DNA of 62,754 bases, counting the filler, from Sluysia triapertura (taxonomy: Eukaryota): NCBI GenBank assembly GCA_046118255.1. It is 5 parts of 5 records of this genome, joined end to end, with 100 filler letters (N's around TTAATTAATTAA, not from the genome) between each part and the next. Parts side by side here need not be neighbours in the genome. Positions count along the whole stretch, not along the records: positions 35,716 to 49,287 come from JBJNIA010031936.1; positions 49,388 to 62,754 come from JBJNIA010044016.1; 3 more parts are not named here. One strand, 5' to 3'. A program made the translations under genes and the position numbers. This document shows, one piece after another, positions 39,401 through 53,545 of the stretch. The notes beneath the pieces are model-generated. The model worked only from the letters and a program-made list of their open reading frames with translations. It had not been told where the DNA came from and searched no databases. Position 1 is the first letter of the stretch, and each line of letters begins with the position of its first letter.

Positions 39401-42124
39401 CAATTACCAGACAATTGCAATCATAATTATCAGTAAATTAAGAATTATTAGTCGATTATCAATCAGTAGTCAACAATTAGTATTCATCACAATTATTTAA
39501 CAATTAGTTAATACAATCAGTTATTCAATTCATTCAACAATTAGTCAACATTATTGTTCATATAACAGTTTATTTGCAGCACATCAAGTTCTAGATTTAC
39601 CTTAATTAATTGTTTTTTGATTTTTGGGTAAGCCTTGTTATTTGTAAGGACGTTGCAATTTTAATTTGAAACATATACGAAAAAATCTAAATAAGGACAT
39701 TTCAGAACCCTGATCTAATGAGAGGACCTTTTTAAACTAGATTTATAAATAGATTTTGATGGTAAAAATCAAGTTTTTTCTTATTATAATTGTTTGCACT
39801 AAGTTAATTTTCGTTAAATTTATATATATTTATATTTATTGGTTCTATTTATTGGAACCAGGTAACTTTGGCGGACATTTTTCTTAATTCTCTCTATTGG
39901 AATCACAACTTTAGCAGTCATTTTCAATTTTATTTATTGGAACCTTTAGTGTATCGTTATTTTCATATTCTGTAAGTTTTTAAGCAAGCATTTAAAAGGC
40001 TTGCTAAGTAAAATAGAATTATATTATTTTATAAAATTGATATCTTTTAAATTGATAGCAGTAATAAAATTTGATTTTTTAAAATTTTAAAGATTTTCTA
40101 TTTTAAGGAAAATCTGATACATTTTTATTGTGCACCTATATTTCATCTTTTATTTTAATTTTAATTTTTGCTTGTAATAATTGATTTTACAATATATTAA
40201 TAAAGTTTCATTTAATTAATTGCGTTATTTTATCACAGAATATTAGAGAAGATTTTCACAGTTCTATTTAATTAAAAAAACCATAGTAAATTATTCATTT
40301 TATTGATTCCATTTAATAAGGATTCAGAGTAAAATTTTAATAAGGCATTACGGAAACTAAAAAATACAAAAAATAACATTAAAATCATTAAAATTATTTT
40401 CAACTTCTAAAGATTCTGGTTCTATTTAATCAAAGAACCAAAGTAAAATATTAGAAATAAATAAGTTCTCTTTACGAAGAACCTCAACAAGAGTTCATTT
40501 GATTTAGAATTTAATAAGGAACTTGACTAAATTTAAAGTAAGCCGAAGGTTTAAACATTGATTGTCAGGCTTATTTAGAAAAGCTTCTTTATATCCAAAT
40601 GGAAAGTGAATAAGTAATTAAGTACTTATTTAAAAGCAAAGATAATATATTAGATAGACCTCCATTAGTTATAAAATGTTTCTCGAAAAATCCTACGGAC
40701 CAGCCGTAACTCGTAAGTCCAGGGTCGTAGGCGGACTTTTCATTCATTCACTTTTTTAATAATAATTTGGAACATGAATTGCTTTTATAATAAATTTTAA
40801 ACATATTTTGTGTTTACTTAAATTTTATTTTATCTTTCTGCATATATGTTTTGTGGGTTCATTGGGCCAATAAAATAATAAAGTTTAAACCAACCATATA
40901 AATAAACACATTGATTTACTATGTAGAAAGTCAATAAATATCTAGTGAAATGTACACTCGGATCCTTTGAATCCGATTGGTGAACAGAATGTTAAATAAG
41001 TATTTTTTATTTGCCAATTAACTTAAGTTGATATTAATAATTATTATAAAATTTTATGAAGAAAAATAAAATAAAATAATACATTCAATGTTAAAAGGAA
41101 GCCTCGCTATTAAATTAGGATTTAGAAATAAATACAATAGATAATACTTAATATATTGTTAATAATATCAAACAGTAAAAATTTTATAAAATAAGAATAT
41201 GTTTGGATAAGTGATCAGCGTGTGTTTTCAAAACCTACAACTTTTCTATTAAAAGATATTAATGTAAATAATACAAAGGTCAAATTCAAATAATATTATC
41301 GAAGGTCAATATTAGATTTTATACAAACCAAATATTAGATTTTAAAGTATTTCAAATTATATAAAAGTTTAATTGTTTAAAAAATCCAAAATCAATTTAA
41401 TTAAATAAGAATAATTGTTGGAAATTTTAATTTAATAAGAAAATTGTTGGAATTTTATGAAATAATCAATTAAATAAGAAAACGTCATCCAAGTTAGTGT
41501 AATTATTGATAATATTATATTATTATTTTATTTATTAAAAAACATTACTAAAATTAATATTAATATTAAATCTATAATTATTACAAAAAAATAATAATTA
41601 AAATTATTTGCAAATCTATAATTATTAAAAATAATAATTAAAAATATTTGCTTCCATTTTGTTTTAATTCTTTTAAGGGCAGTTTTAAATATGTATATAA
41701 GGTGACACATTTAAACATTTACACACAAATTTTAATACGACATATTCAGTTAACGTTCATTTTTTTAAATCTTTATCGAGTGTTTTTGGACAGCTTCATC
41801 TAAGTACACGTACAGTTTCTCGCGTTAATTTTAAAGGATTCTTCGACTACAAATATTGCAAAGGAAGTGCTATTCTTCGTTAGTTTTTATATTTAAGGTT
41901 TTGGAAATTTATAAAATTGCGTTGCTAAAATATTACCTAAATTTCGTTTTTAATTTCTCGCTATCGTTTAGAGATGGCGCATTAAAATTAATATAAAAAA
42001 TTTATTCCTAGATTATATTTGAAAATAATCTATCCTAATATTTTATTATTTTATTATAATTGATCACTCTATTGTACATTTTTCATTTTGTTAATAAAAT
42101 TTGGCTATTTTATTATAAATTTTT

Positions 42125-42409
42125 AATATTAGTAACGGTTCCTATGCATATCGGAGTAAAATTATTTGAAAGGTTCACTTTCATTGAACCTCATTAACAT
42201 ATCGAATTTAGAAACGTTCGTATAATCGAACCAGAGTAAAATCTTTTCATATTATTTTTAAAAATCACTAAAATCTGTAAAATCATATTAAAGCCCTAAA
42301 ATATTATTTGTTAAATTATTAAATTATTAAACTTGATTTTTTGCAAATAGTGATAAAAATCCAACGGTTGGCCATTCAGTTTGTAAGTCCAATACGTTGG
42401 TGGAGTCAC
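42125..42409 (+). mobile_element. LTR 3' portion plus PBS (same family as 28221-28460)
   Basis: AAATCCAACGGTTGGCC...GTAAG...TACG-T-TGGTGGAGTCAC versus AAATCCAACGGCTAGCC...GTAAG...CACA-T-TGGTGGACTCAC. Upstream GAACCAG(A/T)GTAAAAT units are also shared. Confidence 0.6.
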
Positions 42410-44335
42410 GGTTTTATCTTTATAGATTTATTCGCAAAACTCGTAGAAATCTTGCAATATGAAGTTGATGGAAGGCAAGGATTACAAGAGGTGTGATTAT
42501 CGGTTTAGGTTTGAACCACCCCAATAAAATTATCATTACCAAATCATCACTAATTATAAACTTATTCAAATAATAGAAATAAGATAATTATTACCTATCG
42601 CATTTTAACGTTTCATCAGAGATATAATAATTCAAGTAATCATAATGTAATTATAAAATATTACAATGTTACAATAATCGAAAATAAATAACACGTGTTA
42701 CCTAATAAATATAAACTATAAAGCCTAAAATAAAGACAAAAATAAATTTCATTTTGTAGATAAAGCTTTTTAAAATGAACCAAAAAATACAAAAAATTAA
42801 GATATAGCTATGATTTGTATGAGTTTATGATGATCTAAAGTTAGATTAAAATTATAAAACTCGAATTAGCACGAACAGTGAGATAAATTCTTTTAAACTT
42901 TTAAATATTACCTTTTAAACTTTATTAATATTGTTAAAAGAAAATAATTAGCGTTATTATAAGTGCAAAAATGTCCAGTAAGCTTTAAACATAATTAGAA
43001 AAAGGATAAATAAATTTAATAAATAAGATAAACAAAGGCAACACAATTTTGTTTTCATAATTATACTTATAATTATTATTCGTTGTAATTATTATTTATA
43101 ATAATAATTATTATTGATTATATTTAAAATTGTTACATGTAATTTATAGCAATATAATTTTCGAATTGAATTAATCATAATTATGCATACATTTAAACGT
43201 GATTGTGTGCAGCTATTAATAGTGCCTAAATCAATCTAACACATACAAACAAATCGTACCAATCAGTCGATAGTAAATATGTCAATTCGTGAGAAATCTG
43301 TCCCAAATAATAACCCAATTAAACTGGACAGAATCCAGTATCATTTTTGGTTTTCTGTGTACATTCGAAATTTAATTAAAATCAATATCTATAAACTAAA
43401 TCTGCTTTTTTGAGGTTTCGTTATTTTTGTACACCGAAAAATAAAATTCAAACGAAAAAGAAATAATATTAATTTATCGAATAGAAAAAAAAGAGAAAAA
43501 CTGAAACAAAAATTGAATGATGCGATCGATGTAACTAAATTGCCTTAACTACCAAAATTTCGTTTTGTAACAATCTGTTAGAATATGATATAACTGGAAT
43601 TTTTTATTTATAAAGTTGTTTTACTGAGCCTGTCAATAATTTGGTTCAGTTTGAAAAGGTTCATTAAATATCTCTTTCTATTTTAGATGAATATTCGTTT
43701 TTTTATTGCTAATATTTTGTATTGATAAATTTTCTAGTTTTGTATTTTATTTTTTCCTTTTTTTTCGTATTTTTATAATAATAATAATAATGTGGTGCTC
43801 TATATTACTCTGTTTCTAAAATTAAGTCAAAATCTATTGACTTCGAAATTAAACTACATAAATAATAACCTATGTTTTGTCAGATATTTGTCTCAATTTT
43901 AGTATTATTCATATGTTTCTAGAAAAAATGATCTCAAAGGTTTTAGTATTATTATAATGTCTAGTAGATAGCCTGTATTTATGTTGATAAAGATTTTATG
44001 TATATCTGTAAGCAACTTTCCGACTAAATTATCTAAATTATGCTAAACTTCTCATTTAGTCCAACTTTATGTTAATTTGTTGTACTTGAGTTATTTTAAT
44101 TCTTTCCTATTTTCAAATGATCATAAACTTCAATTGAATTTTAATTATATGATTTATTTATTTATTGTGGTCAATCTTTGATAAAACTAAAAATTTTCTA
44201 TTGATTTTATCATTATTTAATTTCTGAAGAAAATAAAAATAATCGAATACAGTTTAAACTTGCTTATGGTATATCATTTACGAATATTTTCTTTCTTTGT
44301 TAATTAAAATTGTGTAGCAAGAAATTGATGTCCAG

Positions 44336-44850
44336 TGGTGGCCAAATTATTAGATTAAATATCATTTTTTTGTGATAAAATTCAACATTTTTTAAATATA
44401 TTATGAAACTATTAATCAAAAGTGCACAATTACTCAGCAGTTACCGACAGTTGTCACGGAAAATAGAAAATATTGGAAAATAATTCTGGTGAAAGTAAAA
44501 TAATAGATAAAAATACTGAGATCCAGAAATTTTATTCATGTACAATGATAAAACAATTTACTATAAATCAAATATGTACAAACTGTTGTATCAGTACTTT
44601 GTCTGTCCTCCTTTGTTAACCAGTAATTGCCTGATCCTTAAAGACATACCACGGATGAGCTTGGGCACAAGTCTTTGATCTCGTCATCGTCATGCCATAC
44701 TTTGTTCCGTCCTGGTGGTTGGCTTATGGGTGGAAACTCTCCTTTTGACAGTCTCCAACAGATTTTCTATGGGATTCATGTCTGAGAGTTTCCCAGGCCA
44801 AGAAAAGAAAACATTTTTCCTGTTTCAGTCTAACAATGTGGCATAAGATA
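44336..44850 (+). mobile_element. CCCH cassette, copy D (strongly decayed)
   Basis: TGGTGGCCAAA at 44336-44346, a short leader, then a mini-ORF at 44538-44678, IYYKSNMYKLLYQYFVCPPLLTSNCLIL, which resembles a decayed YKxxxC-led CCCH finger. Confidence 0.4.
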
Positions 44851-47800
44851 TAATTAAAAGTAAAAGAATCTTTTAAAAATGCAGAAGATATTTATTTTAT
44901 TGAAAGATTCTTAAAGTTTCATTAAATAAGAAACTGAAGCTATTGTCTTTGGAAAAACATTTAATTATTGTTAAAATGTACTTAATAGTATAAAAATGTC
45001 AAAATGTCGATTATATATTTGATGAACAAATAAAAATAAAACACACAGGTTATAAACTGAAAAGAATAAGAAAAATGAGACAATATTTAAAATTATTTGT
45101 ATGTTCAATAGTGTAAATCGAATATTGCAAAAATTTTAAAAACATGGTAAATAAAGCACGTCTACTTCAGACTGTTCACGCGTCTGAATGTAGTTTAACT
45201 AGATAACACTAAAAGTCCTTATAAATATGGTGATGTAATTTTAAAGACATTTAGACAAAAAAATATTTTATTTAAATAGAAATTAAAGTAATTATTTTAA
45301 ATAATAATTGTTATAATATTATGTTTTATATAATTAAATTATACAAATGAAAATATAGAGATAGAAAGGTAATTTTAGGCTTTTTACTATCTTGTAAGAA
45401 AGATATTTGAAAATTTAATCAATTTTTATCAAATCAGAAAGTTCAAATTAGGTATGTATCATCGACCATTTTAACATTGTTTCGTTATAACGTCGTTAAA
45501 AAATAAAAAATTTGAATTATATCTATTAGAGCTTAACCTCCAAAGAATAAAAGAAGACTCATCTAGTACTAATAAATTAATAAAGAAAAAGTTATTAAGA
45601 AGCTTTTAATTTCATCAGAAAAGGAATTTAAATAATAACGGAATATGATCATAATCTAAAAGAATCATTGAAGATATTTTATACCGTTGCCAAGAGATTT
45701 ATAAAGAGGATAATTTAAGTTAAATTATGTATAAATATTATAATTATATATTTATATAATATTTTCATGTTCATTTTATCACTGAATATTTTTTAATACT
45801 AAAAATCATGCAAATTTTAAATACCTCGACCCTTAGAGAGCCGACGAATGAATTTTTTGATTATGAATTAAGTTCTATTTTCAATAAGTGGTTAATGTAA
45901 AAATTTATTTTTACTAAAAGTTTTTATAATAAATTATTCGATGGAGATTGAAAATTTCAAAACATTAATATTTTATATAATTATATACAATTTTTTAATT
46001 AAGATAAAATAATAATAATATTATTATTATTATTAGTCCATAAAGTTAAAATTTCTTTTGAAGAGTTCCAAAAACAAATTTTGACAAAACATTATTTCGA
46101 TAACACCAAATTTTAACACATTTATGTTGATATTCATGAATCTAACAAAAATAGAACATATTTATGAATTCATTTATACGGTGATCAAGCATCTACTTGA
46201 AAATAAATTAATCCTTGAGTTAAAATAATTCAAATATTATTTATAACAGTATGAATCATCAAAATATCTTAATCAAACATGAAATTTTAAATTGTATAAT
46301 TCTGATTAATGGTACTAAAGTTTTTTTTTATTATAATGTAGTAGATTAATATTATATGTAGAATGATATAGATAATAGAAATAATCAAATAAAATATTCG
46401 AAAAAGTTACTTAAATCGCAAATTGTGTTCGTCTTCAGATAATTAAGTCACAAATATATTACTCATCTACACTTGGTATATTAGTTCATTAAAAATAGTA
46501 ATTATGCGTTATTGCGCATATTAAATATCAAGTTAAGTTATTTTAATGATTAACAATACCGAAAATTAAAATATAATTTTAGATCCATATTATTTTTTAT
46601 ATCACTTATCTACAATTATGAAACAATAAAAAAATTAGAATTAAAATTATATATTTATTTTTGTTACTTTTACTAATATTAATAAAATAATAAATCAAAT
46701 TATTACAAAATTACAAATTATTGTTATAAAATATCAAAATTTGTTTTTTTTTCAAAAATCTCACTCTGAAAATATAAAATTAATTATACACTTGTTACTT
46801 TTTTTACTGATTATGATAATAGTAATAAAAATTATGGAACATTACGGAACAAAATGCTATATACTTACTTTTCAAGCTTCATTGTACACTTTAGTAAGAG
46901 TGTTAAGGCTTCGTTACTTTGTTCCAAAGTAATAACTAATATCAAAATTTAAATTTAATACATAAATATGAATATTATTTTTTATTTTCTGATGTAATGG
47001 TGCAACATATCATTATTATTATTATTATTACTAATATTATTAAAATATTTGTGTTCTTGTTGTTGTTATTATTATTTGCTGATAAATTTTTTCACTTGTA
47101 ATGTTATGAATATGTTGTGTATGTGTGTGTACGTGTGTTTTGTAGAGGATGTAACAAAATCCTTGACAAATTCTATTACAAATCGCTACATTGTATATTT
47201 TAAATTTATAAATTATATCGTTTCTTTTTGTCAGCGTTTAATATTGATTGGTTTAATATTTGAATATTTTTACACAAAGCAGTAATTGGATGAATTTTCA
47301 TAGCGATATCATGTGCCGTGTTTTGTTTGTATTTTAATAATTATTTAATATTATTGATATTTGAGTAGGTACTTGTTTTAAAATGATAATACTAATTGAT
47401 TCAAACAAAATAATTAATACATTTTATGGTTTTTGGATTAATAATTTGTAGATCAAAAATAAGTAACTCTTTGCTTTAATTAATTGCATAAATTAAAAGA
47501 AAAAGAACTACTTTTTGATTTTAGAAATTCGATAAAGTATTAATAAAAATGGGATAGGTATTATTAGTCTATGTTTCAAAAATTGTATGCCCTAGTCATG
47601 GTCTATTCAAGGAAAGTTGTGCTAGCATTTTGTATTTCATTAATTCTATGGAGGAATCCCTGTGAAGAAAATTTGATGATACGTACAATTCACTTCGATT
47701 TAAACTTTCAATAAAAAGGGAAGTGTCGTTGTGAAATACGTAATCATAATTAAATAATTGTTATAATAAACAAATAAGCATTTTAAATTGTGTAATAAAC

Positions 47801-48152
47801 AATTTAACATATAAAAACATCGTTAAAACAAATAGGAAATTTTTGTCAATAAATCTTGAATATTGTAAATGTTTTTAAAAATTATAAAATGTATATACTA
47901 CTATAAAACTACAAAATATGGTTATATGTATAAAAACATATGGAAATTAAATAAATGTTACAATCATTAGCATATGACCCAGGCAGATAGAGAACAGTCA
48001 TCATATCTGGTTAAGTATTCAAATGACTCGTTATCCTAATCTAATCGAAAAATATGTATTTTATGTATTATAAAGCACAAGAATCTATGAGCTTGAATTG
48101 TTATATTAACTAAAAGTGATAAAAAGATTATTATTATTAAAACATTGTTTTT

Positions 48153-48193
48153 AGGCTGACCAGAATTCGAACCGGACCTTCTAATCTCACAGC
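48153..48193 (-). repeat. tRNA-like repeat, 3' half
   Basis: GCTGTGAGATTAGAAGGTCCGGTTCGAATTCTGGTCAGCCT contains a B-box and resembles copy 1. It is cut off by the adjacent hAT-like MITE. Confidence 0.6.
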
Positions 48194-48750
48194 TAACGCC
48201 GGATAAATGGGTGGGCAAGCCGGATGACTGCACGGGGCACCGATATAAAATTAAAATACTTCTTTTACATTCATTATTTTTTTAGATCATTTTTGGTTAC
48301 CAAGCAATATATTTTTTTCTTTAATAATATCAAATAAAGTTCACAACGCTAATTATTTTAATATTGTAAACTCTTTACAAACTGATTTTCAAAAAAATTA
48401 ATTTAATTGACTATGTTATTGAATTTTTGACTAATAGCATTACAAAAAAAATCTTGTACGTCACATGTGTACAAAAGGAATAGTATAACTTACTTTTCAA
48501 AGTTCTCGCTCCTTTGTTGCCCAAACTTCAAATGCTATGTTATTCCATATGTTGCATCGCTTGTAAGTAAATAACTATTGTATTATTTTTTAAATAAATA
48601 AATTTTTTACACAGTTCTTTATTGTGTAATTATGATTTTTTTTGCCTTTTTTAATACTTTTTTATTTCGCGGTAAATCTGTATATTCTTGTGTGTAAGGA
48701 TACCACAGTTTATTTTGCCCATGGCGCTCAAAACCCGAGATCCGGCCCTT
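48194..48750. mobile_element. hAT-like non-autonomous element (MITE)
   Basis: Left end GCCGGATAAATGGGTGGGCAAGCCGG and right end TTTTGCCC...AGATCCGGCCCT are typical of CAGGGCCGGAT-type hAT ends. No TSD recognisable. Confidence 0.55.
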
Positions 48751-48823
48751 ATTTCTACATTCAGATAGTTGATAGTTAAATTATATACTTTGAGTTACTA
48801 CTTTTGCAGCTGTGTAGAGATAA

Positions 48824-48878
48824 AATTGACTCTAAAATAAAATTGTTAGATGGGACTGATAGCTCAGTGTTAGAACAT
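48824..48878 (+). repeat. tRNA-like repeat, 5' half with conserved upstream flank
   Basis: AATTGACTCTAAAATAAAATTGTTAGATG-GGACTGATAGCTCAGTGTTAGAACAT. GGACTGA pairs perfectly with the TCAGTCC end of the 60555 copy. Confidence 0.65.
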
Positions 48879-49287
48879 TGTTCAACCTTTTCTAAGTCTG
48901 AAACAATTATGATATTAATAAATGTATTGGATTCGCCTGTGATATACGATTTATATTACGTAAAGATGTATTCACAGGATGTCAAAAACTACGAAAGGAT
49001 TCCTTATACTTTTCAGCAGTGACTCAATCACTTAAATTTTTGAACTAGTCAATTAATCCTATCAACGATTAATCACTTGAAATCTTAATAATTGCTCAGT
49101 TAATTCTTTAATAATTAAATTTAATCAAAACTTATCTTTTTTGTTTTATAATGTTCGAGGAATACTTTGCTTAATTTTCCATTTTTAATAAAATTTCTCG
49201 CAACAAAAGTAAAATAACTTTAATAAATTGGTTTAGAACTTTATGCTTCTACCAATTTTAACCTAGAATTTCTTCCAAAAATTATTC

Positions 49288-49387
49288 NNNNNNNNNNNNN
49301 NNNNNNNNNNNNNNNNNNNNNNNNNNNNNNNTTAATTAATTAANNNNNNNNNNNNNNNNNNNNNNNNNNNNNNNNNNNNNNNNNNNN
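49288..49387. other. Artificial contig spacer
   Basis: N44-TTAATTAATTAA-N44. Confidence 0.98.
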
Positions 49388-51269
49388 GATTAAATCGTTG
49401 TAGTTTTTTTGTTTAAAATAAATTTGAAAAAAAACGCTCATGAATTATTCCTCAACCCAATATATAACAATATTTACATTAAACATTAAAATTTAATTAA
49501 ACTTGTTATTTCTTGCTTTTATTTTGCTATGTTGGTACAGAACTCGAGATCTCGTCTGTACGACTGGATGAACATTATAAATGATTGTAAGAATCTGGGA
49601 ATTTATATTTCTGTTTTTTTTCTAAATTTGTTAATATAAAGTTTTAAAATTTTTTAGTTCGTACTTCTTTATTAATATTTATTCTGGTGGCTCAATTCAT
49701 AACACAGTTTTATATTTACATCACACAATTATCCCATAACAAAAATAAAAAATCTACAATCTTACCATTACAACATAATTAGACAAACTCACCTTGTAAT
49801 CTTGCGTATTCTTAGATCATCGAATACTCCTTTTTATATTCATTGTTGTAAATTACTTAACATCCAGCATTATTTGTATTAGATATGATGTACAAAGGAT
49901 TATTCTTGATTTCAGGCACATTTTGTAATTTTTTACATTATGCTATTCAACATTAATACCATTGTAGACAATGAGAACAGTCTCAGAATCCTCAATAACA
50001 CTTCAACATAATTATGTAAATATTTTCATTAATTTAGTCCAGTTCAATTAAAAGATCAATTTTAATTTTAAGTATTCAAAAGTGTTTAAAACAAATCATT
50101 TTTTAACATTAAATTGAGGTAGAAAAAACTTTGTCTTTATCTTAAATATTTAGAAATAACTTTTATAGTATAACAATAATATTTACTTCATCTACAAATT
50201 AGGCTATCCAGGCCTTTAATTATTAGAGCAAATAATGAAAAATGATTTCAAAGGATAATTAAAAATTAAAAATCATTTAAAATAAATAAATGATAAATGT
50301 AAATCATTTAACGACAAATTGTCGTTGCATTTTTTTCGAATATTTTATTTCGAAATGAATTGTATGGACACCGCTACGATCAAAATTATAAAACATCGAA
50401 ATTTTAAACTTCAAAATATTTGTGTTTTACCATCGTGTGTTCTGTTTTGAAAAAATTTATACGGATTTTCAATTATTGTTACTGTGCTTTATGTCACAGA
50501 TATTTTATGCTTTATCACAATGCGGATACTACATGTTTGACCTTATGATGAAAGAGTTTAGGATTTTCATTCTGCATACGTTATTGACATAAAAGAAATA
50601 ATGCTGCTTTCGTTTAGCTGTAAATCTAAAAATATATTCAATGGCATAACTAATTCAAACTGTAAACGTTTTCTTTCCGGTCAACATTGTATTATTAGCA
50701 CGACAAGTTCATATGTTAGAATGTAAATTAAAAGACGAAGAAAGCAAACAACTTTTGGTATATCTTATTACACAAAATTTTATGAGTAACTTTCAAGTTT
50801 ACTGTCTTTTTAACAACATATCTAAAAGTAACTTTAATCTAAAAATTCAAGATTTAAAATGTTTGGTATTTCATATTTTACTGCAAGAATACTTTGAATT
50901 TCGTAAGGTGATTACTATGTGGCAAAAAATGACAATTGTACGGAATTTAAATATCGTCATGTTATTTATTTATTATGTTAATGCCACGTATGGTAGCAAA
51001 TCTTCCGCAAAAGTAAATATATTAATAGGTGTAAATATAGTTACAGGAAAACAGTAAAATTTCGCAACTTGTTAGTGTGTGTTTTTCTTTTTTATTTGTA
51101 TATTATAAAATTATGTTTTAAAACTCATTTTGTGTTTTTAAATCATTTTAGTATTTATTTGTATTTTTATCTTAATCGGCAGGATCGTCCACTTATTAAA
51201 TTAAAAATTAATTTGTTGTATATTAAATTTGACTTTTAAATCGTTAAAGAACATTTAATCAAAGCCATA

Positions 51270-51720
51270 AGCTCCTGGCCATTCTTTTTTCTAGGCGTCA
51301 GAATCAACTTATTCGTTTATTTTTAAATCGACACTGGGGTTGAAACAAACTCTGAATTTCTCTTAACTATAATATTACATAAAGCAGAACCTTAATGCCT
51401 CTTAAAGTTCAAGATATTACTTTATGATGTCATTCAAACTCCTTTAAAATCTGGTCATGATCAAAGCACCCGAATATTTGTAGGTTTCTCATTCAATCCT
51501 AAACGAAATTTTTTACGTTCTTGTTACTAAGTATTGCTTAAACTTATGCAGACATAATTTTGAAGTTCTCGCCTGCAATTTAGACTCCAACATACAATTG
51601 TATCATTCTTAAAAACCTGGATGACTTGGTTTTTCGTTCTGTAAAATCCACTCGTTTCAATTGCAATGTAAATTCTAATATTTAGGGTTTATGGAAATGC
51701 ACTTGGCAATTTTCAAATTT
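51270..51720 (-). pseudogene. Degenerate DEDDh/DnaQ-like 3'-5' exonuclease
   Basis: IYIAIETSGFYRTKNQVIQV (ExoI-like DxETxG...IIQI, first D changed to A) at ~51673-51614 and GCFDHDQILKEFE (ExoII-like) at ~51470-51435. Confidence 0.45.
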
Positions 51721-51785
51721 ACTGTTTTGTTTTAATAAAATATACTTTCCTACTTTAATCTTTAGTTTTCTGGAATCTCTTAGAT

Positions 51786-52040
51786 TTATTCTTATTCTTA
51801 TAAGATTATCAAATTCAACTGCTTTTATTGTCTCACCTTTAATAGTTTTCTTAATAGTATAATAGTTTATTTTTTATAGTATGTTGAATCTGGCGAGTTC
51901 TACACTCGTCTCCGTTGCTCAAGATGTAATTGCTTAATTAATATATTCAAGTTATCAACTTAATTCCTCAAACTATATTCCTCAATCCCATTTTTACTTA
52001 TTTTATTGTAGATTAAATGAGATAAAAAATAGCTATTCGA
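51786..52040 (-). repeat. Dispersed repeat (copy of 29790-30000)
   Basis: Shares the TATTCTTATTCTTATAAGATTATCAAATT, GCGAGTTCT and TGCTTAATTAAT blocks with 29790-30000. Confidence 0.8.
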
Positions 52041-53219
52041 ACAAATATCATAAAAATTAATTTGTTATTTTAGAAATTTAGAATACAAAAATTTTAATTA
52101 AATTACTCACTAAAACTAAAAAATTAACCTTATACTTATTGTCACTCTTTTTTAGATCAGGCTCCTGGTAAATACTATCTCGATAGCGCGTAATGATCCT
52201 CCTTGCCTATTATTTTTCTGTTTTATTTTTGTTTGTGTGGTTTACTTTTTTGTGTCGCTATTTATTTTATTTCCATAATAATAATTCCAAAATAATAAAT
52301 GTAAAAATAAAATTAATCAAATAAAATAATCATTTATAGTTTCAGTCACTATACAGCGTTATAGTAATAAAGTTATTATAATTTTATAATAAAATTATTA
52401 TAATTATAATAAAAAAATAATTTATAGTTTCCGTCACTATACAGCATATTCTATAGCATTTACAAATGGCTCACTATTAATGCAGTTATTCAATACTCTA
52501 TAAATTAACTTTTGGTTCATATATTTTACATAGTTCAAATAAAATCAGTTTTAAAAATCATTATTGAATACGTGCACTTGTTAATTTGTAGCTTACCATT
52601 TCACAATAATATTCAATATTTTCAAACATTTTTACATAATAATTATTATCATTTATTTTAATAAATTTTCATTTAAATTTCGTAAACTCAGTTTAAAATA
52701 ATTTTGTTCGCATAATTAGTCATAATATTAAAGTTTAGTGGTTATAAATTTTGATTTCATACATACTCTATATAATCTAAATTTAAAATAATTATGTTCA
52801 CATATCCTTTCGACCATTGAAGCATTATAATATTAAACAGTTTAATATTTTAAAAGCATTATAACATTTTATTTGATATTAATGTTATTGAGTGTTACGT
52901 TGCTAACAGCTGCAAGCCATCTCCATCCATTTTATGACATTTAGTCGTCACCTTTTAATGTGGTCTACGGACCATTTTCTGACGTATTAAACATGAATTC
53001 TAATGCAATTCATTCCGTACTTAATATAAAAATTTTTAGAAAGTTTCTACTAACATTAAATTTAATCTCAATTTAAGCGGTCTTTACTCGACGCTTATTG
53101 ATGTGTTACAACATGTTGCTTTGTCAACCTAAATCTCGTGTCAAGGGAAACCCCAATAAATTATTTAACTATTTAAAATACTAATGTCTATTCTTATGAA
53201 AAATATAATTGGTAATCTC

Positions 53220-53545
53220 TGGAATTGAAAAGGATATTGATTTTTGCACCTATTATAAAAATTTCATCTTTAAATTATAAGATTCATAAGATTTGAGCTA
53301 ATAAATTAATTCTCTATTAGTGTTGGGCCCAACTTAATTTTATCATATTGAAGCTTCCTAAACGCGAAAAATTGGACTTGCGATCCCTAACCCTTGCTTT
53401 TTAGATTCCGAGATAGCGATATAAAATTATGCTGAAAACTTTATTCATCTATTTATATCAAAAGCAATCTGCTAAGAACTTAAAATAGTTTGGTGTTGCC
53501 ATGTTGGTATTGACGAATTTAACTTTTATTTATACCACAAATTAT
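53220..53545 (+). mobile_element. Possible CRE-clade non-LTR retrotransposon relic
   Basis: KLPKRE/GLAIPNP resembles LPxRxGGLGIPNP, and the later VWCCHVGIDEFNFYL resembles SSWLxxLPIxExxFxL. Confidence 0.35.
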
